The notes below the pieces were generated by a model, which made no database searches, had not been told where the DNA came from, and saw only the letters and a list, made by a program, of their open reading frames with translations. Made by a program: the position numbers and the translations under genes. A DNA stretch of 64,000 bases from an uncultured virus (IMG/VR IMGVR_UViG_3300027759_000054) (Duplodnaviria; Heunggongvirae; Uroviricota; Caudoviricetes), in IMG/VR virus record IMGVR_UViG_3300027759_000054, one strand, 5' to 3'. Of the stretch, positions 1 through 10,272 are shown piece by piece (position 1 is the stretch's first letter; each line of letters begins with the position of its first letter).

Positions 1-2
1 CT

Positions 3-3000
3 ACGATCATCAATAACAACTTCACCATGATCATGAAAGAAGCAGCAACAATAAACTCGGTTTCAAGACCAATTGGTTCTAATATTGCTCTTACGGCTGC
101 TACCTTTACAAGAAACTCTGCACAATCCATTACGATCGATCTTGTAGGAGCAGTTACTTCTGCACCGAAAACCGTAAAATTGTATGTTAATGTTCAAACA
201 GCAAATGCAAATCCTGTTCTGAAGGTTCTTCGTGAAGATCGTTACGCAATTATCAATACGAATACTCACCCATCAACTAGTGGTGGTACGTATTCGCTTG
301 GTCTGTCGGATGTTTATCGAATTAAAAATATCTTTATTGGCGCCAACACTGATTCTGATTCTGCAGTAGTTGCTGCTGGTGTAGATATTGCTTCTTCGTT
401 TACTCTCGATAATGGTCAACGTGATAATGAATATCGCAATGCCAGAATCATCAAGAAACCCAGCGCACCGTCACTTGTAAATAAGAAATTGGTTGTCAAA
501 TTAGATTTCTTCACCCATGATGGTGCTTCTGCAGATGGTACTTTCTTTGTTGTTGATTCGTATCCGATTGATGATACTGGTGCGACCGCAGGAACAATTA
601 AGACGCAGGATATTCCAATTTATAAATCGCCACTAACAGGTGAAACATATGACTTGCGCGATACTTTAGATTTCCGTGTTCGGTATACAGATTCTGCAGC
701 AAATTCTACCACTGTGGGATCTGCAACAACTAATCCTACTGAGAGCACAACCTTAACTGCTCCTTCTGTTGGTATCACAAATCCAGTTCCAACTGAACAG
801 TTTATTACTGATTTAGAGTATTATCTCGGAAGAACAGATCGACTGATCATTGACTCTGAAGGTGTGTTCAGTACGATATATGGTACACCATCGTTGACTC
901 CTGGAATTCCTGCTGAACCTGACAATTGCATGTCACTGGCAATCATAACAATTCCACCATATCCATCACTCGCTCCTAATGTTGCGAAGAGTGTAAACAG
1001 ACCAGATTATGGTGTAACATTCCGAAGCATTGATAATCGTCGTTACACAATGCGTGATATCGGTGTCCTGGAACAGCGCATAAATCGTCTTGAGTATTAT
1101 ACATCTCTATCGCTACTAGAAAAAGCGGCAAGCGATTTATCTATACCAGATGGCTCTGGTCTTGATCGATTTAAAAATGGTATCCTAGTTGATGCGTTTA
1201 CTGGGCATAACATCGGTAATGTTTTTGATAGTGCATATCATATCTCAATTGATCCAGTAAAGAAAGAACTGCGTCCTTTCTTCTATCTAGAAAATATCGA
1301 TCTCGCCTTTGATTATACCAACTCAACAAACGTATATAAGACAGGCGATTTAATCACTCTTCCGTATGCCAATGTCATGATGACGGAAAATACATCGGCC
1401 TCTAAACCAAGAAATTGCGTCGGGGAGTTACTCTTTAACTACATCGGAAATATGGAACTAGATCCACCAGTTGATAACTGGACGGATACCTCGCTGCAAC
1501 CAGATGTAAGCGTAAACTTCGATGGAAATTATGATGCTTGGGAAAACATGGCAGATGCATGGGGAACTCAGTATGGTGATTGGCAAGATGTAGTAACTGG
1601 TAGAACCGCCACAGGACAAACCTCACAAACTGTCGCTGGTAATACACAAATACGTGGTGATACACTATTCCAAGAACAAACACAAGTTATAACTACTACC
1701 ACCGAACAGCGTCAAACTCGTCAAGGTGTTTCTCTTTCAGTAACTCCTGAAACACAAAGTCAGAGAATTGGTGCTCGCGTAACGGACACTTCTATCATCC
1801 CGTTCATGCGTTCAGTTGTCGTAACGTTTATCGCGAAAAGAATGAAACCAAATACACGAGTATTCCCATTCTTTGATGGTATTGGTGTCGCGACACATTG
1901 TAGACCGCTGAGTTTTGATCCGAATACGGATATAACACCTACAGATCCTGCAGCATATTCATCGTATATCGATGGTGCTTATGGTGATCCATTAATTACA
2001 AATGCTCAAGGTATTTGCGTAGGTCAATTTAGAATTCCAGCAGCGACATTCCGCACTGGTGATAAGAACTTCCGTCTCTGTGATGATGAATTTAATCGTG
2101 ATGCTTTTATAACAACTGCGTCAATGCAAACATGGTCAGCAAATGGATTGTCACAATCTGTCCAAGATACAGTTGTATCAACTCGAGTTGCTAATGTAAC
2201 TGTCAATACCATTTCTGATTCAAGATCAGTATTTGAAACATCTACTACTGAAAATAGATTAGCAGATAGAAATGTAGGTGTTGTCCAAACAACAGTAAAT
2301 AATACATTTACGTCAGTTAACAATATAACAAATATTGATAATACTGTGGTTGATAATACAGTAATTAATAATACTACCATAACAAATATTATTCAAAATC
2401 CGCCTGCTATTGTAACTACTCCACCAGTAACACCGATTCCGGAAGTTGTAGTAATTCCAGAGACTCCAACTCCAAATCCTTGCGAACCAGTAACAACTTG
2501 CACACCTGCACAAGAAATTCAAATTGGCGGTTTCGGTGGTTTCGGTGGTCTCGTTTTTGGAAGTTTCGAAACAATAACACTTCCTGAAATTTGTAATACA
2601 GTAAGTCCTTGCGCACCAGCTTTTCGCGGACGAGATCCTATTGCACAGACCTTCTACGTCGAAGGAATGCCATTCGGTTGTTATGTTACCAATCTTGATG
2701 TATATTTCAAAACCAAGTCATCTAGCGCACCAATTACTCTCCAACTAAGAGAAGTGGTAAATGGATATCCTGGTAATAGAGTTATTCCGTTTGGTGAAGT
2801 AACACTAAATCCTGGTGACGTTTCTGTGAGCGCAACCGCCGCAACTGCAACAACCTTCACATTCCCATCGCCAGTATATTTGCAAAACAACACAGAATAC
2901 TGTTTTGTTCTTCTTCCTGCAGGTAATAATCCAGAGTATAATATTTGGGTTTCTGAATTGGGTGAGAACGAACTCGGCACAGAGAATAGAATTTCTGAGC

Positions 3001-4586
3001 AACCTCATGTTGGTGTACTATTCACTTCTGCAAATGATAGATCATGGACAGCACACCAAGCAGAAGATATTAAGTTTACTTTGCGTCGTGCAAACTTTGC
3101 GATCAATACAGTTGGTTCGCTTGTGATGAAAAACATGGATGTCGACTTCCTGAAATTCGATTCGTTTACGAACGGAAACTTTGAAGCAGGTGATATAATT
3201 CACGGATTCTCCTTTAATATTACGAATGCGGGTTCTGGTTATACGAACGGAACTATTACGCATACTCTTTCAGGTGGCGGTGCTACTACGAATGCAACTG
3301 TTGCTGTAACAATCGCAGGTGGAGCAGTAACAAATGTTGTAGTTACAAATCCAGGAGCGGGATATAATACAACACCTGGAACTCTAGCAGCGACTGTTGC
3401 TACTTCTGGTACTGCTGGTCAGTTTACTTGTGGTGCATCTTCACTATCTGTTGGTGATACTGTAACAATTACTGGTACTCGTGCAGGCACAGGCACTATT
3501 ACTGGATACACAACAGGAACTGTCTACAAAGTTTCTGCGGTAACTGGTACATCACCAAATGTTACTGGATTCACTCTTCGAACTTCTGGGAATGCAGCAA
3601 TTGTAACTACTGCTGGTACGTTGACAGGTCTGACATATACGACTGCAACTAATCCAACACTAACTATCTCGAGCGGTAGTGGTTCTGCTGCAGCAGTAGC
3701 AGTAACGTTGAATAGAGGATTTGTTAAACAATATGATTCTCTATACAATGTAGGTAAGATTTTAGTAAATTCAGGTTCGTTCACTGCTGCTGATATTATT
3801 GGTAACGGTACATCTTATGCTGAAATTACTGAAATTGAGAACAAGCAACTTAATGTCCTCGAAACTAATATTGGTGCTATTGATCATACTCCTGCAACTA
3901 TTGCTTGGTCAGTCGCACCAACTGCGACTGGTGCAGGTGCAGGCGGAACTACGTTTGAGGGAATCAATTTCGGGCAGGAGTATGAGTTATCATATGAAGC
4001 ACAAATCTATTCTTACTCAAATGAACAGGCAGATTTGGACGGGGATAAATCTCTGACAGTTAGAGCAGGTATGCTGACACAAACATCAACTGTTTCGCCT
4101 GTAATCGATACTAGAAAATGTTCTATAATCGCAATTGCCAATGATGTAAATAATCTTACTACTACTGAAACTGGAAACAACGGTTCCGCTGCTTCTAAGT
4201 ATATCTCTCGTCGGGTTGTTCTTGATGACGGACAAGATGCAGAAGATCTAAAGGTATATTTGAGCAATCAGATTCCTGTTGGTTGTGATGTTAAAGTATA
4301 TGGTAAATTCCAAGAAGCAACAGATCCCTCAAACTTTGATGATCTTGCGTGGATTGAATTGGAGGCAGTAAATCTACCTCTTAACACCACGGCAAAATCT
4401 GGTTATGTTGAATATCAGTATACCATACCGACAGCAAATAAAAATGCTGGAGTTCTTGAGTATACAGTAGGAAGTGTTACTTACAGCGGATATAAAAGTT
4501 TCGCAGTAAAGGTCATTCCTCTATCAACAAATAGTTCTGTCATCCCTCGCGTGAGAGAACTAAGAGCGATTGCATTACAGGTATAA
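3..4586 (+). CDS. Large virion structural/baseplate-associated protein (VrlC/DUF4815-like), 5'-truncated by the window edge
   Basis: Frame open from nt 3; motifs RYTMRDIG..LEYYTSLSLLE, DRFKNG..VD.F, DPIAQTF and SKYISRRVVL are typical of the large structural protein of T4-like marine phages. Confidence 0.8.
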   Translation, partial: TIINNNFTMIMKEAATINSVSRPIGSNIALTAATFTRNSAQSITIDLVGAVTSAPKTVKLYVNVQTANANPVLKVLREDRYAIINTNTHPSTSGGTYSLGLSDVYRIKNIFIGANTDSDSAVVAAGVDIASSFTLDNGQRDNEYRNARIIKKPSAPSLVNKKLVVKLDFFTHDGASADGTFFVVDSYPIDDTGATAGTIKTQDIPIYKSPLTGETYDLRDTLDFRVRYTDSAANSTTVGSATTNPTESTTLTAPSVGITNPVPTEQFITDLEYYLGRTDRLIIDSEGVFSTIYGTPSLTPGIPAEPDNCMSLAIITIPPYPSLAPNVAKSVNRPDYGVTFRSIDNRRYTMRDIGVLEQRINRLEYYTSLSLLEKAASDLSIPDGSGLDRFKNGILVDAFTGHNIGNVFDSAYHISIDPVKKELRPFFYLENIDLAFDYTNSTNVYKTGDLITLPYANVMMTENTSASKPRNCVGELLFNYIGNMELDPPVDNWTDTSLQPDVSVNFDGNYDAWENMADAWGTQYGDWQDVVTGRTATGQTSQTVAGNTQIRGDTLFQEQTQVITTTTEQRQTRQGVSLSVTPETQSQRIGARVTDTSIIPFMRSVVVTFIAKRMKPNTRVFPFFDGIGVATHCRPLSFDPNTDITPTDPAAYSSYIDGAYGDPLITNAQGICVGQFRIPAATFRTGDKNFRLCDDEFNRDAFITTASMQTWSANGLSQSVQDTVVSTRVANVTVNTISDSRSVFETSTTENRLADRNVGVVQTTVNNTFTSVNNITNIDNTVVDNTVINNTTITNIIQNPPAIVTTPPVTPIPEVVVIPETPTPNPCEPVTTCTPAQEIQIGGFGGFGGLVFGSFETITLPEICNTVSPCAPAFRGRDPIAQTFYVEGMPFGCYVTNLDVYFKTKSSSAPITLQLREVVNGYPGNRVIPFGEVTLNPGDVSVSATAATATTFTFPSPVYLQNNTEYCFVLLPAGNNPEYNIWVSELGENELGTENRISEQPHVGVLFTSANDRSWTAHQAEDIKFTLRRANFAINTVGSLVMKNMDVDFLKFDSFTNGNFEAGDIIHGFSFNITNAGSGYTNGTITHTLSGGGATTNATVAVTIAGGAVTNVVVTNPGAGYNTTPGTLAATVATSGTAGQFTCGASSLSVGDTVTITGTRAGTGTITGYTTGTVYKVSAVTGTSPNVTGFTLRTSGNAAIVTTAGTLTGLTYTTATNPTLTISSGSGSAAAVAVTLNRGFVKQYDSLYNVGKILVNSGSFTAADIIGNGTSYAEITEIENKQLNVLETNIGAIDHTPATIAWSVAPTATGAGAGGTTFEGINFGQEYELSYEAQIYSYSNEQADLDGDKSLTVRAGMLTQTSTVSPVIDTRKCSIIAIANDVNNLTTTETGNNGSAASKYISRRVVLDDGQDAEDLKVYLSNQIPVGCDVKVYGKFQEATDPSNFDDLAWIELEAVNLPLNTTAKSGYVEYQYTIPTANKNAGVLEYTVGSVTYSGYKSFAVKVIPLSTNSSVIPRVRELRAIALQV

Positions 4587-4587
4587 T

Positions 4588-4803
4588 ATGACAAGAATTA
4601 AACTAACTGATACAACTAAGTATGAACGTGATGGTCATTCGAAGGCAATACTTTCGAATGACCTGCCTGCTCTTCAGGCATATAAGTCTCGCAAACAACA
4701 CATGAAGCAAATCGAATCATATGGAGACGATATAAATAATCTTAGAAATGAAATGATTGAGATTAAAAACTTACTATCAAAAATACTACAGAAACAAGGA
4801 TAA
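4588..4803 (+). CDS. Small hypothetical protein with coiled-coil C-terminus
   Basis: ATG 1 nt after the previous stop; ERD..SKAIL..D motif and C-terminal heptads. Confidence 0.7.
   Translation: MTRIKLTDTTKYERDGHSKAILSNDLPALQAYKSRKQHMKQIESYGDDINNLRNEMIEIKNLLSKILQKQG
4731..4738 (+). promoter_or_regulatory. T4-type late promoter
   Basis: TATAAATA about 70 nt upstream of the 4810 ATG. Confidence 0.55.
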
Positions 4804-4809
4804 AAACGC

Positions 4810-5292
4810 ATGAGCACTATTACCCTTAGATCTGTAAAGGGGACTCCGCTGACGAATACTGAAGTTGATAATAACTTCAGCAATTTGAATACAGATAAGT
4901 ATGAATCTGGCGCTAGTCCTTCTTTTGCAGATTTAACACTTACAGGAACCCTAACCAAATCGGTTTCAGGCACAGTTACAGCAGCGGGTACTACCCAAGG
5001 TACTGCAACTGCGCTAACAAAAACCATTAACATGATCACAACAGCAACAGCAAGTCAGGGCGTAAAACTCCCATCTGCTGCCGCTGGTTTGACAATAAAG
5101 GTTATCAACACCACAGCAGTTACTATTGTTGTGTATCCAAATACCTCAGATGTTATTGACGGTGGAACTGTCAATGTTGGTGTCAATTTGTCACCATATT
5201 CATCTGTTGAATTGGTTGCACAAGATGCTGTAGATTGGTATCGTGTAACTAATTTAATTGTATATGACTCGAGTGGTAACAGGTTAAACTAA
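4810..5292 (+). CDS. Tail fibre-associated/adaptor protein
   Basis: N-terminal LRSVKGTPLTNTEVDNNF fibre-anchor-like motif; Thr-rich; C-terminal IVYDSSGNRLN. Confidence 0.65.
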   Translation: MSTITLRSVKGTPLTNTEVDNNFSNLNTDKYESGASPSFADLTLTGTLTKSVSGTVTAAGTTQGTATALTKTINMITTATASQGVKLPSAAAGLTIKVINTTAVTIVVYPNTSDVIDGGTVNVGVNLSPYSSVELVAQDAVDWYRVTNLIVYDSSGNRLN

Positions 5293-5293
5293 A

Positions 5294-7309
5294 ATGAACC
5301 CTCTAAAGGTCAAGGCAACAGGTTCCCCAATCACTTCTGCAAACATCAGCGGTTTGCAGACCATGACCGACGCAGAGGTAAAAAATTATATTGCCAATGT
5401 TATCACAGAAAAGTTTGCTTCAGTAACAGATGGTACTGGTACTGCTGAAATTAACATTACTACAAATAACTCAGGTGCAGGAACTTCGATCGGCACGTTC
5501 GTCGATACAACAAGAACCGAATCTATCGGAACGCATCCTGCTACTGGTGCAGTCTCTACAACAACATACACTGCTAAACAGGTTACTGCTGCTGCAGTGG
5601 AAAGTATCACCAACAGACCATTAGCATGGGATTCTCGCTTAGAAGAAATGGTAGATGGTGACATTGATAGCACAATGGATCTCTGTGTTGCGGCGATGGT
5701 CGCAGAATCAACATATACTGCTGGACAATATAAACTCCAAGCAACTGCGCCATCAGGCGGAACTTGGGTTTCGCGGTATACATTAACAGATACAGCGCAA
5801 GGTGGAAACACTGTAACATATCTGTGGCAGAAAACAGTTTCATCTTCGGCGCCAACAGTGGATCTCACACCACTAAAATTGTTTGCTGGTAGTAACTGCA
5901 AGCAGATGACTGAAGCAGAAATCGAACAGATGCTTCCAGTCTTTAGAAATAGAATTATTGAAACAGGTATCGGGACATATAAAATACAATCAGATGCGCC
6001 TAGTGGAGGCACTTGGGTTCAAACAGGTAACACATTCACGGATACTCGCGAAGAAGTAACACCACAGAACTACGCTGGTAATTACAGTAGTAATTATACT
6101 GGTAATTATACTGGCAATTATACTGGTCCTTTTCCATATTCTGCACCCTATTCCGCATCGGGAAATTATAGCAGTAATTTTACTGGACCTGCTTATAGTT
6201 CGCCATATACTGGTAATTATACTGGCAATTATACTGGATCCTTTTCCTCCCCTTTAGCATATACTGGAACAACCTATACAGGGTCCAGCAATTATACTAG
6301 ATCCTTTTCCTCCCCTTTAGCATATACTGGATTAACTTATACAGGTCCAGCAAATCCAGGAGCAAATTATACTGGTAATTACATAGGTGGTCCATTTTAT
6401 TCTACACCTGCTGGTCCATCATATTCGAATCCAGCAGGTCCATCATACTCGAATCCAGCAGGTAATAATCCAGGAGGTCCATCATATTCAACACCATATA
6501 CTGGCAGTTATGGAGGGAATTTCGATGGTCCTCGGCCCCAAAGACAAGAGGCAGTATACTATACTGGTGGTACCTTTAGTGCAAACTATACTGGGTTTTA
6601 TACAGGTCCAGGTCTCAACTATACTGGATACTTTGAGATACCTATCTATCCAAATGAACCTGGAGAAGTTTACATAGGAGAGTTTTCGGCACCACAAAAT
6701 TATGCTGGATTCTATGCATCAAATTTAGGTTATGCAGGAAATTTCCAAGGCCCTTCCCTGTATTTTGTTACTGGTTATGACAAACAATATTATACTGGAT
6801 TCTATGCGGGACCACCATCATATTCTACACCTGCAGGATCAAACCCAGCAGGTCCATCATATTCGAATCCAGCAGGTCCATCATACTCGAATCCAGCAGG
6901 TCCATCATATGGTCAGCCGTATGCAGGAACTTATACTGGACCTACAGGTCCAGGAACTTCATATACTGGATTCTATACTGGTCCAGGACCAGCGTACTCA
7001 GGGTTTTTCAGCGGTCCAGGAACTTCATATACTGGATTCTATACTGGTCCAGGACCAGCATACTCAGGGTTTTTCAGCGGAACTCCATATACTGGATTCT
7101 ATACTGGAACAGCGTACACTGGAACCTATACAGGGTATTTCACTGGCGTAGGAATAGCATATACTGGTTTTTACACTGGAACAACAAATTACACTGGAAA
7201 TTACTCAGGAAGTTATATAAATAATTTTACTGGATCATTTTCTGGGGCAACAATACAAGCAACTAAAGAAACAGTGTCATCTGTTAAGTTATGGATAAGG
7301 ACAGCATAA
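5294..7309 (+). CDS. Fibre-like virion protein A with Y/F-x-G-x repeat region
   Basis: About 260-aa N-domain and C-terminal ATKETVSSVKLWIRTA shared with 7313..9052; central Gly/Tyr/Thr/Pro repeats. Confidence 0.7.
   Translation: MNPLKVKATGSPITSANISGLQTMTDAEVKNYIANVITEKFASVTDGTGTAEINITTNNSGAGTSIGTFVDTTRTESIGTHPATGAVSTTTYTAKQVTAAAVESITNRPLAWDSRLEEMVDGDIDSTMDLCVAAMVAESTYTAGQYKLQATAPSGGTWVSRYTLTDTAQGGNTVTYLWQKTVSSSAPTVDLTPLKLFAGSNCKQMTEAEIEQMLPVFRNRIIETGIGTYKIQSDAPSGGTWVQTGNTFTDTREEVTPQNYAGNYSSNYTGNYTGNYTGPFPYSAPYSASGNYSSNFTGPAYSSPYTGNYTGNYTGSFSSPLAYTGTTYTGSSNYTRSFSSPLAYTGLTYTGPANPGANYTGNYIGGPFYSTPAGPSYSNPAGPSYSNPAGNNPGGPSYSTPYTGSYGGNFDGPRPQRQEAVYYTGGTFSANYTGFYTGPGLNYTGYFEIPIYPNEPGEVYIGEFSAPQNYAGFYASNLGYAGNFQGPSLYFVTGYDKQYYTGFYAGPPSYSTPAGSNPAGPSYSNPAGPSYSNPAGPSYGQPYAGTYTGPTGPGTSYTGFYTGPGPAYSGFFSGPGTSYTGFYTGPGPAYSGFFSGTPYTGFYTGTAYTGTYTGYFTGVGIAYTGFYTGTTNYTGNYSGSYINNFTGSFSGATIQATKETVSSVKLWIRTA
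6237..7078 (+). repeat. Coding direct repeats in fibre protein A
   Basis: 63-nt period at 6237/6300; identical 51-nt copies at 6413-6463 and 6851-6901; 66-nt tandem at 6947/7013. Confidence 0.9.
7216..7223 (+). promoter_or_regulatory. Possible internal late promoter for fibre protein B
   Basis: TATAAATA about 90 nt upstream of the 7313 ATG. Confidence 0.45.
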
Positions 7310-7312
7310 AAC

Positions 7313-9052
7313 ATGGTTTTAAGAAATAAATCTTCGGCGACCCCTGTTTCTGCTGTAAACTGGCAGGGTCTACAACAGATGTCAGTTGATGAAGTAAAGA
7401 ATTACATTGCACAAACTCTGACAGTTTCTTTCGGCGCAAACTCAGATGGTACTGGCACTGCTGAAATCAACATCACAACAAACAACAGTGGTTCTGGTAC
7501 TTCAATCGGAACATTTGCTGACACAGATCGCCAAGAAGCAACAGGAACTCACCCAGCAACTGGTGCGGTTGACACTGTCACATACACTGCAAAACAGGTT
7601 ACTGCTGCTGCGGCGGAAAGTATTACCAATCGTCCTTTGAAATATGATGCTGGTATTAAAGAACTGACAGATGCTCAAATTGATAGTGAAATCCTAGATT
7701 ATGCTATTAATGCGATGGTCTCTGAAACAACTTATACTGCTGGGCAATATAAATTACAACCAACTGCTCCGTCGGGTGGTACTTGGGTTTCACGTTATAC
7801 TCTAACAGATGTTGCTAATGGCGGTAATACTACTACATATCTGTGGCAGAAAACTGCTGCAACTACTCTTTCAGACTCCAATCTTAAACCATTAAAACTT
7901 ATTGATACCAAAGATGTCAAAGAAATGTCGTCTTCGGAAATCCTACAGATGCTTCCGAATTTTAGAAACAGAATTATTGAGACAGGAATCGGCACATATA
8001 AGGTCCAATCAACTGCTCCAGTTTCTGGTGGAACATGGGTTCAACTCGGTGATGAGTTTGCTGACACCAGAGAGCAAGTAACACCACAGAACTATCAAGG
8101 TAACTTCGTCGGCAACTATCTCGGCACCTTCTCAGGTTCAAGAAATTATTCTGCAGCATATGCTGGTACATATACTGGAGCATTCGCAAACAACTTTAGT
8201 GGCGGTTATGTTGGTCCAGCAAACTATTCCGCAGCATATTCTGGAGCATTCGCAAACAACTTTAGTGGCGGTTATGTTGGACCAAAAAACTATACTGGAT
8301 CTTACTCACAGGGGTTCAGTGGAAACTATGTCGGTAACTATGTAGGACCAAAAAACTATACTGGATCTTACTCACAGGGGTTCAGTGGAAACTATGTCGG
8401 TAACTATGCTGGTTCTAGAAACTATGCAGGTAACTATGCTGGAAACTATCTCGGAACATATTCGCGAAACTTCACAGGAACTTACTCGCAAGGTTTCTCT
8501 GGTAACTATCTCGGAACATATGCACGATTCTTTGGCGGATTCCTTAATGGAAATTTCCAGGGTAACTATCTTGGAACTTATACGGGCAACTTCTCGGGTA
8601 ACTATCTAGGTAACTTCTCCGGCAACTATCTCGGCACCTATGCTGGTTCTAGAAACTATGCAGGAAATTATGCGGGAACATATCTCGGAACATACACAGG
8701 ATTCTTCACAGGAAACTATCTCGGAACTTCAACATATACTGGAACATATTCGGGTAATTATACTGGATTCTTCTCGGGTAACTATCTAGGAACTGCAACA
8801 TATACTGGCAATTATACTGGTTCCTTCACAGGGTTTTATACTGGATTCTATGCAGGAACTGCTACCTATACGGGCACATACACTGGAAACTTCACAGGAA
8901 ACTACACTGGATTCTATTCAGGTTCTAGAAACTATACAGGTAATTATGCCAGCAACTTTAGTGGAACGTATTCAAGCAACTTCTCTGGCGCAACAGTAAT
9001 TGCGACCAAAGAAACTGTATCGACGATAAAACTTTGGGTTCGCACCGTATAA
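7313..9052 (+). CDS. Fibre-like virion protein B, paralog of A
   Basis: Shared N-domain (DGTGTAEINITTNNSG, GTHPATGAV, YLWQKT) and C-terminal strand; GNY/GTY/GFY tetrapeptide repeats. Confidence 0.7.
   Translation: MVLRNKSSATPVSAVNWQGLQQMSVDEVKNYIAQTLTVSFGANSDGTGTAEINITTNNSGSGTSIGTFADTDRQEATGTHPATGAVDTVTYTAKQVTAAAAESITNRPLKYDAGIKELTDAQIDSEILDYAINAMVSETTYTAGQYKLQPTAPSGGTWVSRYTLTDVANGGNTTTYLWQKTAATTLSDSNLKPLKLIDTKDVKEMSSSEILQMLPNFRNRIIETGIGTYKVQSTAPVSGGTWVQLGDEFADTREQVTPQNYQGNFVGNYLGTFSGSRNYSAAYAGTYTGAFANNFSGGYVGPANYSAAYSGAFANNFSGGYVGPKNYTGSYSQGFSGNYVGNYVGPKNYTGSYSQGFSGNYVGNYAGSRNYAGNYAGNYLGTYSRNFTGTYSQGFSGNYLGTYARFFGGFLNGNFQGNYLGTYTGNFSGNYLGNFSGNYLGTYAGSRNYAGNYAGTYLGTYTGFFTGNYLGTSTYTGTYSGNYTGFFSGNYLGTATYTGNYTGSFTGFYTGFYAGTATYTGTYTGNFTGNYTGFYSGSRNYTGNYASNFSGTYSSNFSGATVIATKETVSTIKLWVRTV
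8135..8940 (+). repeat. 66-nt (22-aa) periodic coding repeats in fibre protein B
   Basis: Near-identical units at 8175/8241 and 8279/8345; GSRNY markers at 8135, 8411, 8645, 8921. Confidence 0.9.
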
Positions 9053-9057
9053 AACCC

Positions 9058-9090
9058 TTGACTTTTCGGGTAAAATAGCGTATATATAAT
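9058..9090 (+). promoter_or_regulatory. Sigma70-like promoter
   Basis: TTGACT-N17-TATATA (TATAAT 4 nt further on), upstream of 9122. Confidence 0.55.
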
Positions 9091-9121
9091 ATTGAGAAAT
9101 TATTTTTTAATGGAGATTTGA

Positions 9122-9577
9122 ATGACTAGTACCCGCACAATTGAAAATCCTTACTGGGCGAACAAAGAAAAACAACATGTGATTGCGGAGTTCGTTTATT
9201 CCGATACGGGTAAACGAGCAACTGCATCAATTATGAACGATGGTACTAATCGAGATTATGATGAATTGATGAAGAAGTATAGCGTCGAGCAGATTGATGC
9301 GAATACCAAGAAACGGTTTGATGATCGCAATCAACATATCAAGCATAACATTGAACGCCAGAAGGTTGACAAGACTCGTATGCAGCAAGAGCAGTTGTTC
9401 TCTGCTAAATTGGATGCATTTGAGATCGATCTAATTAAGACCTCGAAGAATCGTGAATTGAAGTCGAAAATTCGTAAAGCAAAAAACATCATGGAAGTTA
9501 CTGCGTACACGGTAATTCTTCTTCAGCAGGAAGAAGCAAATACTGCAATCGCAAGAGAAGCAGTTGATGCAGAATAA
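9122..9577 (+). CDS. Hypothetical protein (possible fibre chaperone)
   Basis: GGAG RBS; directly follows the fibre genes; function inferred from position only. Confidence 0.6.
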   Translation: MTSTRTIENPYWANKEKQHVIAEFVYSDTGKRATASIMNDGTNRDYDELMKKYSVEQIDANTKKRFDDRNQHIKHNIERQKVDKTRMQQEQLFSAKLDAFEIDLIKTSKNRELKSKIRKAKNIMEVTAYTVILLQQEEANTAIAREAVDAE

Positions 9578-10262
9578 TGGTTTTCTCTACGTTGCAACAG
9601 TAAGAAAAGGTTATTATAGAGCGGCGAGAAATTCTGCTATATCTCTACGTGACTTCTATCCTGATGCACATATCACATTCTTTACACACGAGGAATGGGT
9701 GCAACCAGATGATTATGAAATCTTCGACACAGTTATTACTGAGAATGTCCCACGCGACAAGCGAGCAAAACTGTGGGCGCTTGATCAAACTCCATACGAT
9801 CTGACAGTATACATGGATTGCGACACTGAAGTCGAGCATGAAGATATCCAAAAGATTTTCGATCAGATTCCGGATGATATCGATGTCATCTTTACTGCTA
9901 ATCGTCCATATAACGCAGCACTGACTAAGTTGTCTGATACAGAAGAAATGACTGAACACTGTGGGTTGTTCGTCTATCGAAACAATGAACAAACATTAAA
10001 ACTCATGCGTGCTTGGTATGATGAGTATTGGGAGCAGAATAAACCAGGATGGAATCGTAAACATTATCCCGAATCTGCGCTGCAGTGGGACACATTCACA
10101 ATGTGGAGACTTCTGAATCATTTCGATTTTGGTGTTAAGACTGCCAGATTCCCTGATCCAGATGCTAGGTGGAACTTTGTTTCCGGATATAAAAAAGAAG
10201 AATTACAGGGGCAACCAGTAGTGATTTATCATTACACAATTCCACATTCTTTATTAACTTAA
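9564..10262 (+). CDS. GT-A fold glycosyltransferase (GT8/nucleotide-diphospho-sugar transferase-like)
   Basis: TPYDLTVYMDCD (DxD), QWDTFTMWRLL, RWNF and IYHY motifs; start may be 9567. Confidence 0.75.
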   Translation: MMQNNGFLYVATVRKGYYRAARNSAISLRDFYPDAHITFFTHEEWVQPDDYEIFDTVITENVPRDKRAKLWALDQTPYDLTVYMDCDTEVEHEDIQKIFDQIPDDIDVIFTANRPYNAALTKLSDTEEMTEHCGLFVYRNNEQTLKLMRAWYDEYWEQNKPGWNRKHYPESALQWDTFTMWRLLNHFDFGVKTARFPDPDARWNFVSGYKKEELQGQPVVIYHYTIPHSLLT

Positions 10263-10272
10263 CAGGACAAAC

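Noticed and set aside
6060..8990. CRISPR array or DGR template/variable repeats
   Set aside because: Repeats are in-frame coding units without unique spacers; no adenine-specific mismatch pattern and no reverse transcriptase in the window
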